DNA of 64,000 nucleotides, taken from positions 32,001 to 96,000 of the IMG/VR virus record IMGVR_UViG_3300044949_001773; one strand, written 5' to 3'. The translations under genes and the position numbers were made by a program. Each line of letters opens with the position of its first letter. Position 1 is the stretch's first letter. Shown here piece by piece: positions 1 through 9,701 of the stretch. Below the pieces are notes generated by a model. That model ran no database searches. It was not told the DNA's origin and was given only the letters and a program-made list of their open reading frames with translations. Origin of the DNA: a virus.

Positions 1-569
1 TAAAATTAGTTACTCATGAAAAGCCAAATGATTTGCCAGATTTTATTGAATACTCTGAAGGATACAAAATTAATAATATTAACGAGTACAGTTATTATTG
101 TATTTACAATTTAACAAATCATGTTGATACTTCCCATTGTTTATTAATACAAGCTGATGGATTTGTCATTAATCCTGAAAAATGGGATAATTCCTGGTTA
201 GATTATGATTATATTGGAGCACCTTGGGAATATACTGAAAATGCTTATGTTGATCCTTTTGGCAATCATCAAAGAGTTGGAAATGGTGGATTTAGTTTAA
301 GAAGCAAAAAATTACTGGATGTTCCTAAAAATGAATATGTGGAATGGAACGTTAATCAAGGTGATTTTTACAAGCACATGAACGCGAATAATTTCGCAGA
401 AGATGGAAATATCTGTGTTCACAATAGGCATATATACGAAAGATGTGGATGTAAATTTGCTCCAATAGAAGTTGCGGCCAAATTTGCTCACGAAAAACCT
501 ATCAAAGAAACTGAGGGAATAGTCCCCTTTGGATTTCATTATCATTTACCAAAAAATACAAAATTATGA
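1..569 (+). CDS. DUF5672-like glycosyltransferase-related protein, 5' partial
   Basis: Frame is open from the window start. Motifs LLIQADGF, YDYIGAPW, VGNGGFSLRS, AED and FGFH. Confidence 0.7.
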   Translation, partial: KLVTHEKPNDLPDFIEYSEGYKINNINEYSYYCIYNLTNHVDTSHCLLIQADGFVINPEKWDNSWLDYDYIGAPWEYTENAYVDPFGNHQRVGNGGFSLRSKKLLDVPKNEYVEWNVNQGDFYKHMNANNFAEDGNICVHNRHIYERCGCKFAPIEVAAKFAHEKPIKETEGIVPFGFHYHLPKNTKL

Positions 570-1354
570 TTGGATTTAATCACATTGGTCGTCATGGACG
601 GCTTGGAAATCAAATGTTTCAATATGCGGCACTTAGGGGAATTTCGGAATTAAAGGGATATGAGTTCTGTATTCCAGAGTCTAATTTTAAAAATGAATGG
701 GAAGATCATCAATTATTTGAGGCATTTACTCTTAATAATTTAAAAAACAAAAAATTTCTATCGGCCAATTATTATCAAGAAAAGCAATTTAATTATTCTC
801 AAGAATATATTGATGAGTGTCCTGATAATGTAAATTTATTTGGGTATTTTCAAACTGAAAAATACTTTTCGCATATTTCAGATAGTATTCGTGAAGATTT
901 TACATTTAAAGATGAAATTTTAAATCCTTGTAAAGAAGCTTTTGATTTTGATCAAGTAATTTCTTTACATGTCAGACGAACTGATTATATTGAAAAATCG
1001 GATGATCATCCATTATGTCCAATGAAATATTATGAAAAAGCACTATCTGAATTTGATCAAACTCTTCCGGTTCTTATTTTTTCAGATGATGTTGAATGGT
1101 GTAAAAATCAAGAAATTTTTAAACCGGATAGATTTATGATTTCGGAATCTGGTTGGAACTTGGTTGATATGTGCTTAATGTCAATGTGTACTCATCATAT
1201 TATTGCAAATTCTTCGTTCTCTTGGTGGGGAGCTTGGTTATCTGGATCAAACGATGTCATTGCCCCTTCAAAATGGTTTGGTGATTCTGGATATACTTCA
1301 ACTCATAATACTGATGATATTGTACCTGAACGGTGGAGAAAAATAAATGTTTGA
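566..1354 (+). CDS. GT11 alpha-1,2-fucosyltransferase-like glycosyltransferase
   Basis: GRLGNQMFQYA, GYFQTEKYF, SLHVRRTDY and IIANSSFSWWGAWL motifs. Confidence 0.9.
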   Translation: MIGFNHIGRHGRLGNQMFQYAALRGISELKGYEFCIPESNFKNEWEDHQLFEAFTLNNLKNKKFLSANYYQEKQFNYSQEYIDECPDNVNLFGYFQTEKYFSHISDSIREDFTFKDEILNPCKEAFDFDQVISLHVRRTDYIEKSDDHPLCPMKYYEKALSEFDQTLPVLIFSDDVEWCKNQEIFKPDRFMISESGWNLVDMCLMSMCTHHIIANSSFSWWGAWLSGSNDVIAPSKWFGDSGYTSTHNTDDIVPERWRKINV

Positions 1355-3038
1355 TATATCAATTGCTATACCGACATATGATAGGGGAAAAAATGGTGTT
1401 TTATGGCTCAGAGAGCTTTTTGATTCTTTGAAAACACAATCATTTAAAAATTTTGATATTTGTGTTTCTGATCAAAGTAAAAATGATCTTAATTTAAATA
1501 TTTGCTTAGAATATCTACATGAATTGAATATTAAACATGTATACAATAATGAGTCTGGAATTTGTAATAATATTAATAACGCAATAAAAAATTGTTCTTC
1601 AAAAATAGTTAAAATATTATTCTCTGATGACTTTATATTTGATGAAAATTATCTTGAATCTGTATTAAATGAATTTAAAAATACAAACAAACGCTGGTTA
1701 GTTTCTGCTTGTAATCATACTGATGGAATTAATCATTATCGAGATTTTTATCCAAAATGGAATGAAAATATTATTATCAATAACACCTATAGTTCTCCAT
1801 CCTCAATTTCTGTGGTCAAAGAATACTTTGAAGAATTTGATAATAATTTGAAAATGCTATTGGATACTGATTTTTATTATAGGATGTACCATATTCATGG
1901 AGAACCAATTTATTTAAATGCGGTAAAAGTTTCAAATAGAGAGCATGATCAAAGAATAAGTTCGGTTATGCAGTCTAGCGATGATTATCAAGAAGTATTA
2001 AAAAAAGAAATAGAGTATTGTTATACAAAGAATCAAAAAATTTATTTTGAGTATCTTAAAAACCAGTCTAAGATATCTGAGTATTATCTAAACTATAAAA
2101 TTGATAGATGTGGTCCTCCTTGGTTTGGTGCTTGTATTTCTTGGATAACTGCCATGTATTCTTTAGCTCTTATTAATGGAGCAAAATTTTATATGGCAGA
2201 TAATGATAATTGGAGAATGGTTTCTGAATCTGAACCTCATAGGAATTGGCACAACTATTTTGAGTCATTTGAACTTTCTGAATGGAAAGAATCTGAAAAT
2301 GATTTGGGTACTGGTCAATATTCTATTAGATTTGAAGATAAGCTTTTTAAACAGCTTGGAAGAAAAACGGAAAGTGGTAAAGAAGATCAAACTATTATCG
2401 GAAATCCTCTGACATTTTGTCCTGAAGAATTTTCTAATCCAAATTTAACTCCAGAGCAAAATCTTTCTTTGTTCAAATCTTACTGCCTCAAAGAAGTGTA
2501 TAAGCCAAAAAAAGAATATATTGGATTATCTGATCAACTATTGAATGGAATTGGGGATTATATCTCGGTACATATTAGGAGAGGAGATAAAGTTAAAACA
2601 TATTTAAAAGAGGGTAACTTTATACCAACCTCAGTATATTTTGATAGCTGCGTTTCTATATCGGAAAATACGGAAATCAAAAATATTTTTGTCTGTTCCG
2701 ATTCTGATGAAGCAATTCAAGAATTTATAGAATGTAACCAATCTAGTGGATCTTGGTTTAATATTATGTATGATAAAAATGAATCAAGGCATGATGGTTA
2801 TCCGTATAAAATATTGATGGGCGAAATAAGTGAATGTGAAAATTCTAAAAATGAAATGATAACCGCATTTAAAAATATTGAAATATTAACAAAATCTTCG
2901 TATATGGTCGGAACTCCTTCTTCTTGGTTTTTTAGAATTGCTCAACTTCTTAGAATTTCTCCCTATAATGTACATGGAAATTGTATCAATGTGGAAGAAG
3001 GAAAAGAAACTTATTTGCCAACATTTTATCATTGCTGA
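1347..3038 (+). CDS. Fusion of a GT2 glycosyltransferase and a NodZ/FUT8-like fucosyltransferase domain
   Basis: N-terminal ISIAIPTY...VSDQS...LFSDD...LDTDFY. C-terminal ISVHIRRGDK...IFVCSD...VGTPSSWF. Confidence 0.7.
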   Translation: MFDISIAIPTYDRGKNGVLWLRELFDSLKTQSFKNFDICVSDQSKNDLNLNICLEYLHELNIKHVYNNESGICNNINNAIKNCSSKIVKILFSDDFIFDENYLESVLNEFKNTNKRWLVSACNHTDGINHYRDFYPKWNENIIINNTYSSPSSISVVKEYFEEFDNNLKMLLDTDFYYRMYHIHGEPIYLNAVKVSNREHDQRISSVMQSSDDYQEVLKKEIEYCYTKNQKIYFEYLKNQSKISEYYLNYKIDRCGPPWFGACISWITAMYSLALINGAKFYMADNDNWRMVSESEPHRNWHNYFESFELSEWKESENDLGTGQYSIRFEDKLFKQLGRKTESGKEDQTIIGNPLTFCPEEFSNPNLTPEQNLSLFKSYCLKEVYKPKKEYIGLSDQLLNGIGDYISVHIRRGDKVKTYLKEGNFIPTSVYFDSCVSISENTEIKNIFVCSDSDEAIQEFIECNQSSGSWFNIMYDKNESRHDGYPYKILMGEISECENSKNEMITAFKNIEILTKSSYMVGTPSSWFFRIAQLLRISPYNVHGNCINVEEGKETYLPTFYHC

Positions 3039-3040
3039 TT

Positions 3041-3856
3041 ATGATAGATTTAACTAATTCCACTTTTATAATCCCTATAAGAATAGAAAGTGACGATAGG
3101 CTAAGAAATGTAATAACTACTTTATGCTATTTGCTATCAAATTTTAATACAAATATTATTATTAAAGAGGTTGATAGTAAATCTATATTTTTAGATTCTG
3201 CTCTCCCTCAGATAGAAGAATTTTGTGAAAGGAAAATTGATATTAATCATATTTTTGAAAAATCTGATGATCCTTCATTTCATAGACAAAGGGTCTTAAA
3301 TGATATGCTTATGGAAGTTGAAACTGATATTGTGATCAATTATGATTGTGATATATTACTTCCTAAAAAATCGTACATAGACGCTTACGATATGATTTCA
3401 TCTGGTAATTTTGATTTAGTGTATCCTTATGGAGATGGGATTTATCAAAAACAAATTTTTGCTACCGATGAATTGGTATCTGACTTTTTAAATAACGATT
3501 TTGATTTTAATATTCTGGAAAAAAGATCAAAGGATTATGATGCCAAATATGGATTCTGTCAGTTCTTTAATAAACGGGTTTACATTGATGGCGGCATGGA
3601 GAATGAAAATTTTGTAGCATACGCTCCAGAAGACGTTGAAAGATACTATAGATTTGATAAGTTGGGATATTCTATAGGTAGAATTGACTCAACAGTTTAT
3701 CATTTAGAGCATGTAAGAACTCATAATTCTTGGTTTAATAATCCATTTATGCAATCTAATAATGAAGAATGGGATATAATTCAAAAGATGGATTCTGATA
3801 CTTTAAGAAATTATATTTTAAACCTACCATATTATAGGAGAAGAATATATGGATAA
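3041..3856 (+). CDS. GT2/GT7-like (galactosyltransferase C-terminal) glycosyltransferase
   Basis: FIIPIR, NYDCD (DxD), GGMENENFVAYAPEDVER and YHLEH. ATG at 3041 preferred over the track start. Confidence 0.75.
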   Translation: MIDLTNSTFIIPIRIESDDRLRNVITTLCYLLSNFNTNIIIKEVDSKSIFLDSALPQIEEFCERKIDINHIFEKSDDPSFHRQRVLNDMLMEVETDIVINYDCDILLPKKSYIDAYDMISSGNFDLVYPYGDGIYQKQIFATDELVSDFLNNDFDFNILEKRSKDYDAKYGFCQFFNKRVYIDGGMENENFVAYAPEDVERYYRFDKLGYSIGRIDSTVYHLEHVRTHNSWFNNPFMQSNNEEWDIIQKMDSDTLRNYILNLPYYRRRIYG

Positions 3857-4646
3857 AAACAAATCAACTTATAAATTAAAAAATTTTGGCCCAGTTTATT
3901 GTTTGAATCTTGATGATCAACCTGAAAGATGGGAGTATATGGAAAATCAATTTAAATATTGGGAAATAGAAAACTATACTCGCATTTCTGGTTATGATGG
4001 TAGAAATGATGATCTGAGTGATATTATTAAAGGAAGGTATCCTGAAATGATGTCATCTGGAGAAATTGGATGTACTACATCTCATCTAAAAGCAATCAAA
4101 TACTGGTATGAAACTAGTGATTCTCCGTATGCTATAATTATGGAGGATGATTGTAATTTGGATATTGTAAAATACTGGAATTTTACTTGGTCAGATTTTA
4201 TATCAAGAGCGCCTTATGCTTGGGATGTAATCCAGTTGGCAATTATTTGCACTGGTAATATTATTGTCCCAATTCATACTAGATTTGTAAATGATTTTTC
4301 TACGGCATGTTATGTAATAACAAGGCATCATGCTGAGAAATTATTAAAATATCATATTCGTGGTGACAAATATAAACTTGATAATGGAGTTAAACCTCGT
4401 CCAGTTGCTGATGATTTGATTTATAATTCGGGAATGACTTATGCTGTCCCACTATTATTATATAAAATTGAATTGGGGTCTTCAATACATCCTGATCATA
4501 TTGATACATTTCACAGAAGTAGTCATGATGGAATACTTAATTTTTGGAAACAAAATGGCCCTGATTTGACTATAGAACAAATAACAAATTTTGATCCTTA
4601 TCTTGGTCGGGTTTCCGATCCTTCTCCCTTAGTAGAGAGTACTTGA
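3849..4646 (+). CDS. GT25 (LPS biosynthesis) glycosyltransferase
   Basis: YCLNLD..PER, GEIGCTTSH, IIMEDD and STACYVI motifs. Confidence 0.85.
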   Translation: MDKNKSTYKLKNFGPVYCLNLDDQPERWEYMENQFKYWEIENYTRISGYDGRNDDLSDIIKGRYPEMMSSGEIGCTTSHLKAIKYWYETSDSPYAIIMEDDCNLDIVKYWNFTWSDFISRAPYAWDVIQLAIICTGNIIVPIHTRFVNDFSTACYVITRHHAEKLLKYHIRGDKYKLDNGVKPRPVADDLIYNSGMTYAVPLLLYKIELGSSIHPDHIDTFHRSSHDGILNFWKQNGPDLTIEQITNFDPYLGRVSDPSPLVEST

Positions 4647-4671
4647 CAATTCTTAAAGTCTCTACTACACT
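4643..4671 (+). promoter_or_regulatory. sigma70-type promoter for the porin gene
   Basis: TTGACA-17bp-TACACT. The -35 lies inside inverted repeat TAGTAGAGA/TCTCTACTA (4630-4667). Confidence 0.6.
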
Positions 4672-4738
4672 AAATAAGTACTTAAGAATTCTGTTGTAAT
4701 TCTTAATCTTTTTGTCCTATAGTACAAACAAAGAATTT

Positions 4739-6211
4739 ATGAAATTTTTTCAACAACTGATGCTTGCACCTGTTGCTCTCGGAATGGTTGCTCCTGTTGC
4801 TGCGAATGCCGCAGACCTTAATATGGCAGCAGTCAATCAGTACTCTTCAGAACAGGTTACAAGCGTCGCACAATTTTCTGATGTCCAACCTACAGACTGG
4901 GCATATCAGGCACTCAGCAACCTCGTAGAGCGTTATGGTTGCGTTGCTGGTTATCCTAACGGCACATTTGGTGGTGGTAAAGCGATGACTCGTTATGAGG
5001 CAGCAGCACTTCTGAATGCTTGCCTTGATCGTGTGACTGAAGTTACTGATGAACTGAAGCGTCTTCAGGCAGAATTTGCACAAGAACTTGCTGTTCTTCG
5101 TGGTCGTGTAGAAAAACTAGAAGCACAAGTCACTACACTTGAGGCACAACAGTTCTCCACGACTACTAAACTTCGTGGTGAAGCAAACTTCGTAATCGGT
5201 GGTGTTGATAACTACCAGACCAAAGATGGTGATATCACTCACACCGCATTCAACTATGATCTGCGTCTGAACCTGGATACTTCGTTTACTGGTAAGGATC
5301 TTCTTCGTACTCGTCTGCGTTCATCTAACTTCAGCAGCAATCCTTTTGGTTCTAGTTCTTCAATTTTCAAACTGGACAAAGCAGACAACACTGTAAGTGA
5401 AGTTGGTAATAACGTAGTTATCGACCGTCTGTACTACTCATTCCCTGTGTTCAATAACACTACCACTCTTACTGCTGGTGCTCTGGTTCGTAATACTGAA
5501 ATCGCTTGGATTCCTTCGGCATATGAATCCAAGATTCTTGATTTCTTCCAAGTAGCAGGTGCTCCTGGGGTTTATAACAAGGCAGTTGGTTCTGGTTTCG
5601 GTATCCAATACGGTAAGAAGACAGGTCTTGTTGCTGGTTTAAACTACGTTGCTCAAAACGGTAGCGATAGTGCAACTGGTGAATTTGACCGTTCTGGCGC
5701 TCTCAATACCCTGGCACAAATCGGTTATCGTGGTACTAACTGGGGTGCTGCATTTGGTTACCGTTATGGTACTGAAGGCACCCGTGTCCGTACCTATAAC
5801 GGTCTGAACGGTGCTTCTGGTACTCTGGTTCCTGGTCAAACCTCTAACGGTTATGCTATCAACGCATACTGGCAACCCACTCAATCTGGTTGGGTTCCCT
5901 CCATCTCTGGTGGTTACGGTTGGAACACTGTAAGTGGCGCCCAAAGTGATGCTACTAACAGTCAGTCCTGGTTTGCTGGTCTAACTTGGGATGATGTATT
6001 TGTTGATGGCAACTCTGCTGGTGTTGCTATCGGTCAGGCACCTACTGGAGAAAATCTTGAGAAGTCCACTCTTCTTGAAATCTTCTACAAGTATCAAGTG
6101 TCTGATAACATCAGCATCACTCCTGCTATCATCTATGGTAGCGACAACCAACGTCTTGCTGGTAACTCCTCTAATTGGGGAGGAGTGGTGCAAACCACCT
6201 TCAAGTTCTGA
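4739..6211 (+). CDS. som: Cyanobacterial outer-membrane porin (Som/OprB family with SLH domain)
   Basis: Signal peptide, SLH motif FSDVQPTDWAYQALSNLVERYGCVAGYP, coiled coil, FSTTTKLRGE and C-terminal TTFKF. Confidence 0.93.
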   Translation: MKFFQQLMLAPVALGMVAPVAANAADLNMAAVNQYSSEQVTSVAQFSDVQPTDWAYQALSNLVERYGCVAGYPNGTFGGGKAMTRYEAAALLNACLDRVTEVTDELKRLQAEFAQELAVLRGRVEKLEAQVTTLEAQQFSTTTKLRGEANFVIGGVDNYQTKDGDITHTAFNYDLRLNLDTSFTGKDLLRTRLRSSNFSSNPFGSSSSIFKLDKADNTVSEVGNNVVIDRLYYSFPVFNNTTTLTAGALVRNTEIAWIPSAYESKILDFFQVAGAPGVYNKAVGSGFGIQYGKKTGLVAGLNYVAQNGSDSATGEFDRSGALNTLAQIGYRGTNWGAAFGYRYGTEGTRVRTYNGLNGASGTLVPGQTSNGYAINAYWQPTQSGWVPSISGGYGWNTVSGAQSDATNSQSWFAGLTWDDVFVDGNSAGVAIGQAPTGENLEKSTLLEIFYKYQVSDNISITPAIIYGSDNQRLAGNSSNWGGVVQTTFKF

Positions 6212-6234
6212 TAAACTACTCATAACTTGAGTGA

Positions 6235-6260
6235 AGGCACCCCTTTTTGGGGTGTTTTTT
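6235..6260 (+). terminator. Intrinsic terminator after the porin gene
   Basis: GGCACCCC-TTTTT-GGGGTGTT followed by a T run. Confidence 0.8.
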
Positions 6261-6276
6261 ATTAGGCAATCAAAAC

Positions 6277-6321
6277 CTTAACCAAATCTTAGTGGACTTT
6301 AAGATGGTCTTCTGATATTAT
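6277..6321 (+). promoter_or_regulatory. Pho box and -10 element upstream of pstS
   Basis: CTTAACCA / CTTAGTGG / TTTAAGAT repeats at 10-11 bp period, resembling the cyanobacterial PyTTAAPyPy(T/A) box. TATTAT lies downstream. Confidence 0.6.
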
Positions 6322-6357
6322 TGATCATGAAGTCAATTCACTTCCAAAAAACTTTTT

Positions 6358-7320
6358 ATGAAACTTAAACAAATTTTTGCTGTTGGTCTAGTTGCTGCTC
6401 CTACTGCTGCTCTTTCTGGGCCTACTATTAATGGTGCAGGTGCTACTTTCCCTGCTCCAATTTATCAACGATGGTTCCAAGATTATGCACGAACTACTGG
6501 GAATAGGGTTAATTATCAGTCCGTTGGTTCTGGTGCTGGTGTTCGTCAATTCATTGCGGGCACAGTTAACTTCGGGGCAAGCGACGAATCAATCTCAGAA
6601 TCAGACGCTGCCAAAGTAAAGCGTGGTGTCGTTCAAATTCCTATGGTGGGTGGAACGATTGCTGTCGCTTATAACAAACCTGGATGCTCTCTGAAACTGA
6701 CTCAGAAGCAAACTGTAGATATTTTTTCTGGTCGCATTAAGGATTGGAAAGCACTTGGATGTGCTGCTGGTCCTATTCGTACCGTATATCGTGCAGATGG
6801 TTCTGGAACCACTTATGCATTTACTAATTCCCTAGATGCTTTTGGTGGATGGAAAGCAGGTGTAGGTAAGTCTGTAAAGTGGTCTACTGGTATTGGTGCT
6901 AAAGGTAATGAAGGTGTTTCTGGTAGTATTCGCCAAACGCCAGGTTCCATCGGTTATGTGAACACTGGATTTGTAAAGGCAAACAAACTCCAAGCAGCAG
7001 CGATCCAAAATAAGGCAGGTAAGTTCGTTCTTCCTACTGCTGCTTCTGGTTCTGCCGCACTGAATGGCATTAAACTGGATGCAAATCTTGCGGGAGAAAA
7101 TCCAAATCCTGCTGGAGCAACTGCATATCCAATTTCAACTCTGACTTGGGTTCTTGCGTATAAGACTGGTAATGGTGCTAATGCCGATGCCATTCGTAAA
7201 GCACTCAACTATGCTTTAAGCACTAAGGCACAATCACTTGCCGATGATCTTGGATATGTGCCTTTGAGTGGGTCTATTCTTAACCGAGCACGAATCGCCG
7301 TAAACCGAATCGGTCAGTAA
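6358..7320 (+). CDS. pstS: Phosphate-binding protein PstS
   Basis: GAGATFP, NYQSVGSGAG, FGASD, RADGSGTT, KGNEGV and YPI motifs. Confidence 0.96.
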   Translation: MKLKQIFAVGLVAAPTAALSGPTINGAGATFPAPIYQRWFQDYARTTGNRVNYQSVGSGAGVRQFIAGTVNFGASDESISESDAAKVKRGVVQIPMVGGTIAVAYNKPGCSLKLTQKQTVDIFSGRIKDWKALGCAAGPIRTVYRADGSGTTYAFTNSLDAFGGWKAGVGKSVKWSTGIGAKGNEGVSGSIRQTPGSIGYVNTGFVKANKLQAAAIQNKAGKFVLPTAASGSAALNGIKLDANLAGENPNPAGATAYPISTLTWVLAYKTGNGANADAIRKALNYALSTKAQSLADDLGYVPLSGSILNRARIAVNRIGQ

Positions 7321-7351
7321 ATCCTAACAAAATTAAGTATAAATTACTACT

Positions 7352-7388
7352 AGGGGTGCTTGACACCCCTTTCTTTTTGCTATATAAT
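7352..7388 (+). promoter_or_regulatory. Terminator hairpin overlapping a perfect sigma70 promoter for hli
   Basis: AGGGGTG/CACCCCT stem plus T-rich tail. TTGACA (7360)-17bp-TATAAT (7383). Confidence 0.8.
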
Positions 7389-7415
7389 TGTGTAACAATT
7401 CGTAATAAAACGAAA

Positions 7416-7625
7416 ATGACTGTAACAACTAATGATCGTGGACAACAAAATATGTGGGCAATTGAACCGCCTGTTTACATTTCTGATGAAGACGCAAAAA
7501 AGTACGGGATGAAGAGTTATGCTGAACGAGCCGAATCTGCTAATGGTCGCTGGGCTATGCTTGGGATCGTGGCTGGTTTTATCTCTTACGCATTGACTGG
7601 CCATCTGTTTTTTGGTGTAATCTGA
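7416..7625 (+). CDS. hli: High-light inducible protein
   Basis: AERAESANGRWAMLG...TGHLFFG; ATG at 7416. Confidence 0.93.
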   Translation: MTVTTNDRGQQNMWAIEPPVYISDEDAKKYGMKSYAERAESANGRWAMLGIVAGFISYALTGHLFFGVI

Positions 7626-7634
7626 GACTTGACA

Positions 7635-7721
7635 ATGACTTCACTTTTCCTTACAATAACATCTGTTGCCTTTTTTATTTTACTGGCAGCATCTGTAGAA
7701 AAACTTTGTGAGACTTACTAA
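7635..7721 (+). CDS. 28-aa single-TM peptide ([28 protein letters not shown])
   Basis: Fills the gap exactly. Its stop TAA overlaps the ferredoxin ATG. Confidence 0.55.
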   Translation: MTSLFLTITSVAFFILLAASVEKLCETY

Positions 7722-8014
7722 TGACTGTTTTTAACATCACTCTTCAATCTCCCGATGGCACTGAAACTACTATTGAGTGCCCTGATGACCAATACATTCT
7801 CGAAGCTGCTGAAGAAGCAGGTGTAGATCTTCCTTCTTCATGTAAAGCTGGTGCTTGCTCTGCTTGTGCTGGTAAACTGATCAGCGGCACTGTAGATAAT
7901 GAGGAACAATCGTTCCTTGATGATGACCAACTCGCTGACGGTTGGGTGCTCACCTGTGTGGCATATCCCACTAGCGATTGTGTCATCTTGACTGAACAGG
8001 AAGAGAACCTGTGA
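7721..8014 (+). CDS. petF: Plant-type [2Fe-2S] ferredoxin
   Basis: [13 protein letters not shown]...EQSFLDD...VLTCVAYP. Confidence 0.96.
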   Translation: MTVFNITLQSPDGTETTIECPDDQYILEAAEEAGVDLPSSCKAGACSACAGKLISGTVDNEEQSFLDDDQLADGWVLTCVAYPTSDCVILTEQEENL

Positions 8015-8223
8015 GCGCTAATATGTTAGGGCAATTTAACCTTGCCCTTCAAGAGTTGATTGATAGCGGTGTCTGGGATCGAGATGTAGAACTAGAAGTT
8101 AAGATCGCAGGCACTCTTAAGAATGATAAGTTTATTGTTATTAAACCGATTAAAGAAAGAATGGTCTGCAACCCAGACCCAGAATTAAAACAAAAACATT
8201 TATATCAAGGAGAAAAGAAATGA
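8011..8223 (+). CDS. Hypothetical protein
   Basis: GTG start; 4-bp overlaps with both neighbours. Confidence 0.6.
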   Translation: MSANMLGQFNLALQELIDSGVWDRDVELEVKIAGTLKNDKFIVIKPIKERMVCNPDPELKQKHLYQGEKK

Positions 8224-8339
8224 ACAAAATTTTTACTGAAACCGCAGAACGTTGGAATGGGCGACTGGCAATGCTGGGATTTGTAATTGCGGTTGGGACT
8301 TATCTTACTACTGGACAAGTAATTCCTGGTGTATTTTGA
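8220..8339 (+). CDS. hli: Second high-light inducible protein (39 aa, absent from the ORF track)
   Basis: [39 protein letters not shown]. Confidence 0.93.
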   Translation: MNKIFTETAERWNGRLAMLGFVIAVGTYLTTGQVIPGVF

Positions 8340-8878
8340 TGGAGGTTTCTATGCGTAAAGAAGGATATCAAGTTCCTCAAGTGGAATTTGTATTTCGGGA
8401 GAATGGTGAATTTGTAAATCGTACATCATCTGAACTTTTTGATGGGAAGCGCGTTGTCATTTTTAGTCTGCCTGGTGCTTTCACTCCTACTTGCAGTGCC
8501 TATCAGTTACCTGGATTCGAAGAGAAATACGAAGACTTTATTGGTAGTGGCATCGACGCTATTTACTGCATCTCTGTTAATGATGGGTTTGTAATGAATG
8601 CTTGGGGACAAGATCAAAACATTAAGAATATTCAACTCATCCCTGATGGCAATGCATATTTCACTCGTTCTATGGGACAACTAGTAATGAAGTCCAATCT
8701 TGGTTTCGGTGAGCGTTCTTGGCGTTATGCTGCTGTGATTGATAATGGTATGATTGAAAAACTGTTTGAAGAACCGGGTAAATGTGATAACGCAAAAGAA
8801 GACCCTTATGGAGAAACGTCTCCAGAAAAAGTTCTTGAATATGTAAAGTCTACTGTTCGTGAACCAGTAGCAGTATGA
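8339..8878 (+). CDS. Type II peroxiredoxin (Prx5-like)
   Basis: LPGAFTPTCS, SVNDGFVMNAW, IPDGN and RSWRYA. True start is 8339 or 8351. Confidence 0.92.
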   Translation: MEVSMRKEGYQVPQVEFVFRENGEFVNRTSSELFDGKRVVIFSLPGAFTPTCSAYQLPGFEEKYEDFIGSGIDAIYCISVNDGFVMNAWGQDQNIKNIQLIPDGNAYFTRSMGQLVMKSNLGFGERSWRYAAVIDNGMIEKLFEEPGKCDNAKEDPYGETSPEKVLEYVKSTVREPVAV

Positions 8879-8881
8879 GTA

Positions 8882-8908
8882 AAGGAGGGTTATTAACCCT
8901 CCTTTTTT
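8882..8908 (+). terminator. Intrinsic terminator
   Basis: AAGGAGGGTT-ATT-AACCCTCCTT followed by TTTT. Confidence 0.85.
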
Positions 8909-8936
8909 AATAAATATAGTACAGGGTTTGGATACT

Positions 8937-9638
8937 ATGATGCTTATAGACCTTCATAACTTTTTTAAATATTACGACGAAAAAAATCCAAAACATATTG
9001 CTGCCGTAGAGCAATTTGAAAAAGATTTGCTTTTGAAAGCCCAAGAGCTGATGCAGGATGATGCTAACTGGGTGAAAATTTTTAGAACTAAAGAAGATAA
9101 ACCGCAAGCAACTATTTTACCTGTTCCCTTTTATCCACAAACAGATAATTATAGGGATGCGAACAGAACTTGTAACTCTTCTGCTTGTGCGATGTGCCTT
9201 GAGTATTTCAAACCCGGTACCCTAAAAGGACCTAAAGGCGATGATGCCTATGTACAAAAAGTTTTTTCAATCGGCGACACAACTGATCACTTGGTTCAGA
9301 CCAAGGTTCTTGCGTCATACGGTATTAAATCCAGTTTTTCCTACAGCCTTTCTTTTGCTGATCTTGATAGAGAGCTTGCCGCTGGTAGACCTGTTGTTAT
9401 TGGTATTCTTCATCGCGGCCCTTTATCTAACCCCACCGGAGGGCACATGGTAGTTGTAATTGGTAAGACTCCATCTGGAGATTATGTTGTCAACGATCCT
9501 TATGGTTCGTTGAATGATGGATATACTGGTTCGGTAAATAATGGTAAGAGTGTTGTATACAAGCGTAGTGAGCTTTCTCGTAGATGGGTTCCTGGGGTCA
9601 ATGATGGATGGGGTAGAATTTTTGAAGTAAAAAAGTAG
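8937..9638 (+). CDS. C39-like cysteine peptidase, probable endolysin (zero-frame product)
   Basis: VPFYPQTDN..RTCNSSACAM, GGHMVVVIG and VNDPYG give a Cys/His/Asp triad. Late promoter ATAAATA at ~8909. Confidence 0.8.
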   Translation: MMLIDLHNFFKYYDEKNPKHIAAVEQFEKDLLLKAQELMQDDANWVKIFRTKEDKPQATILPVPFYPQTDNYRDANRTCNSSACAMCLEYFKPGTLKGPKGDDAYVQKVFSIGDTTDHLVQTKVLASYGIKSSFSYSLSFADLDRELAAGRPVVIGILHRGPLSNPTGGHMVVVIGKTPSGDYVVNDPYGSLNDGYTGSVNNGKSVVYKRSELSRRWVPGVNDGWGRIFEVKK

Positions 9639-9701
9639 AGTCAACGCCACAATCTAAAATCCCTCAATGTGGCGTTGATTTAATAAAAGAATTCGAGGGA
9701 T
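9629..9701 (+). promoter_or_regulatory. Programmed -1 frameshift signal: slippery heptamer plus H-type pseudoknot
   Basis: A AAA AAG at 9629-9635, then a 5-nt spacer. Stem 1 pairs 9641-9651 with 9668-9678 (11 bp). Stem 2 pairs ATCCCTC 9659-9665 with GAGGGAT 9695-9701. Confidence 0.8.

Noticed and set aside
8252-8338. N-terminal extension of the peroxiredoxin
   Set aside because: The region is occupied by an hli gene in another frame.
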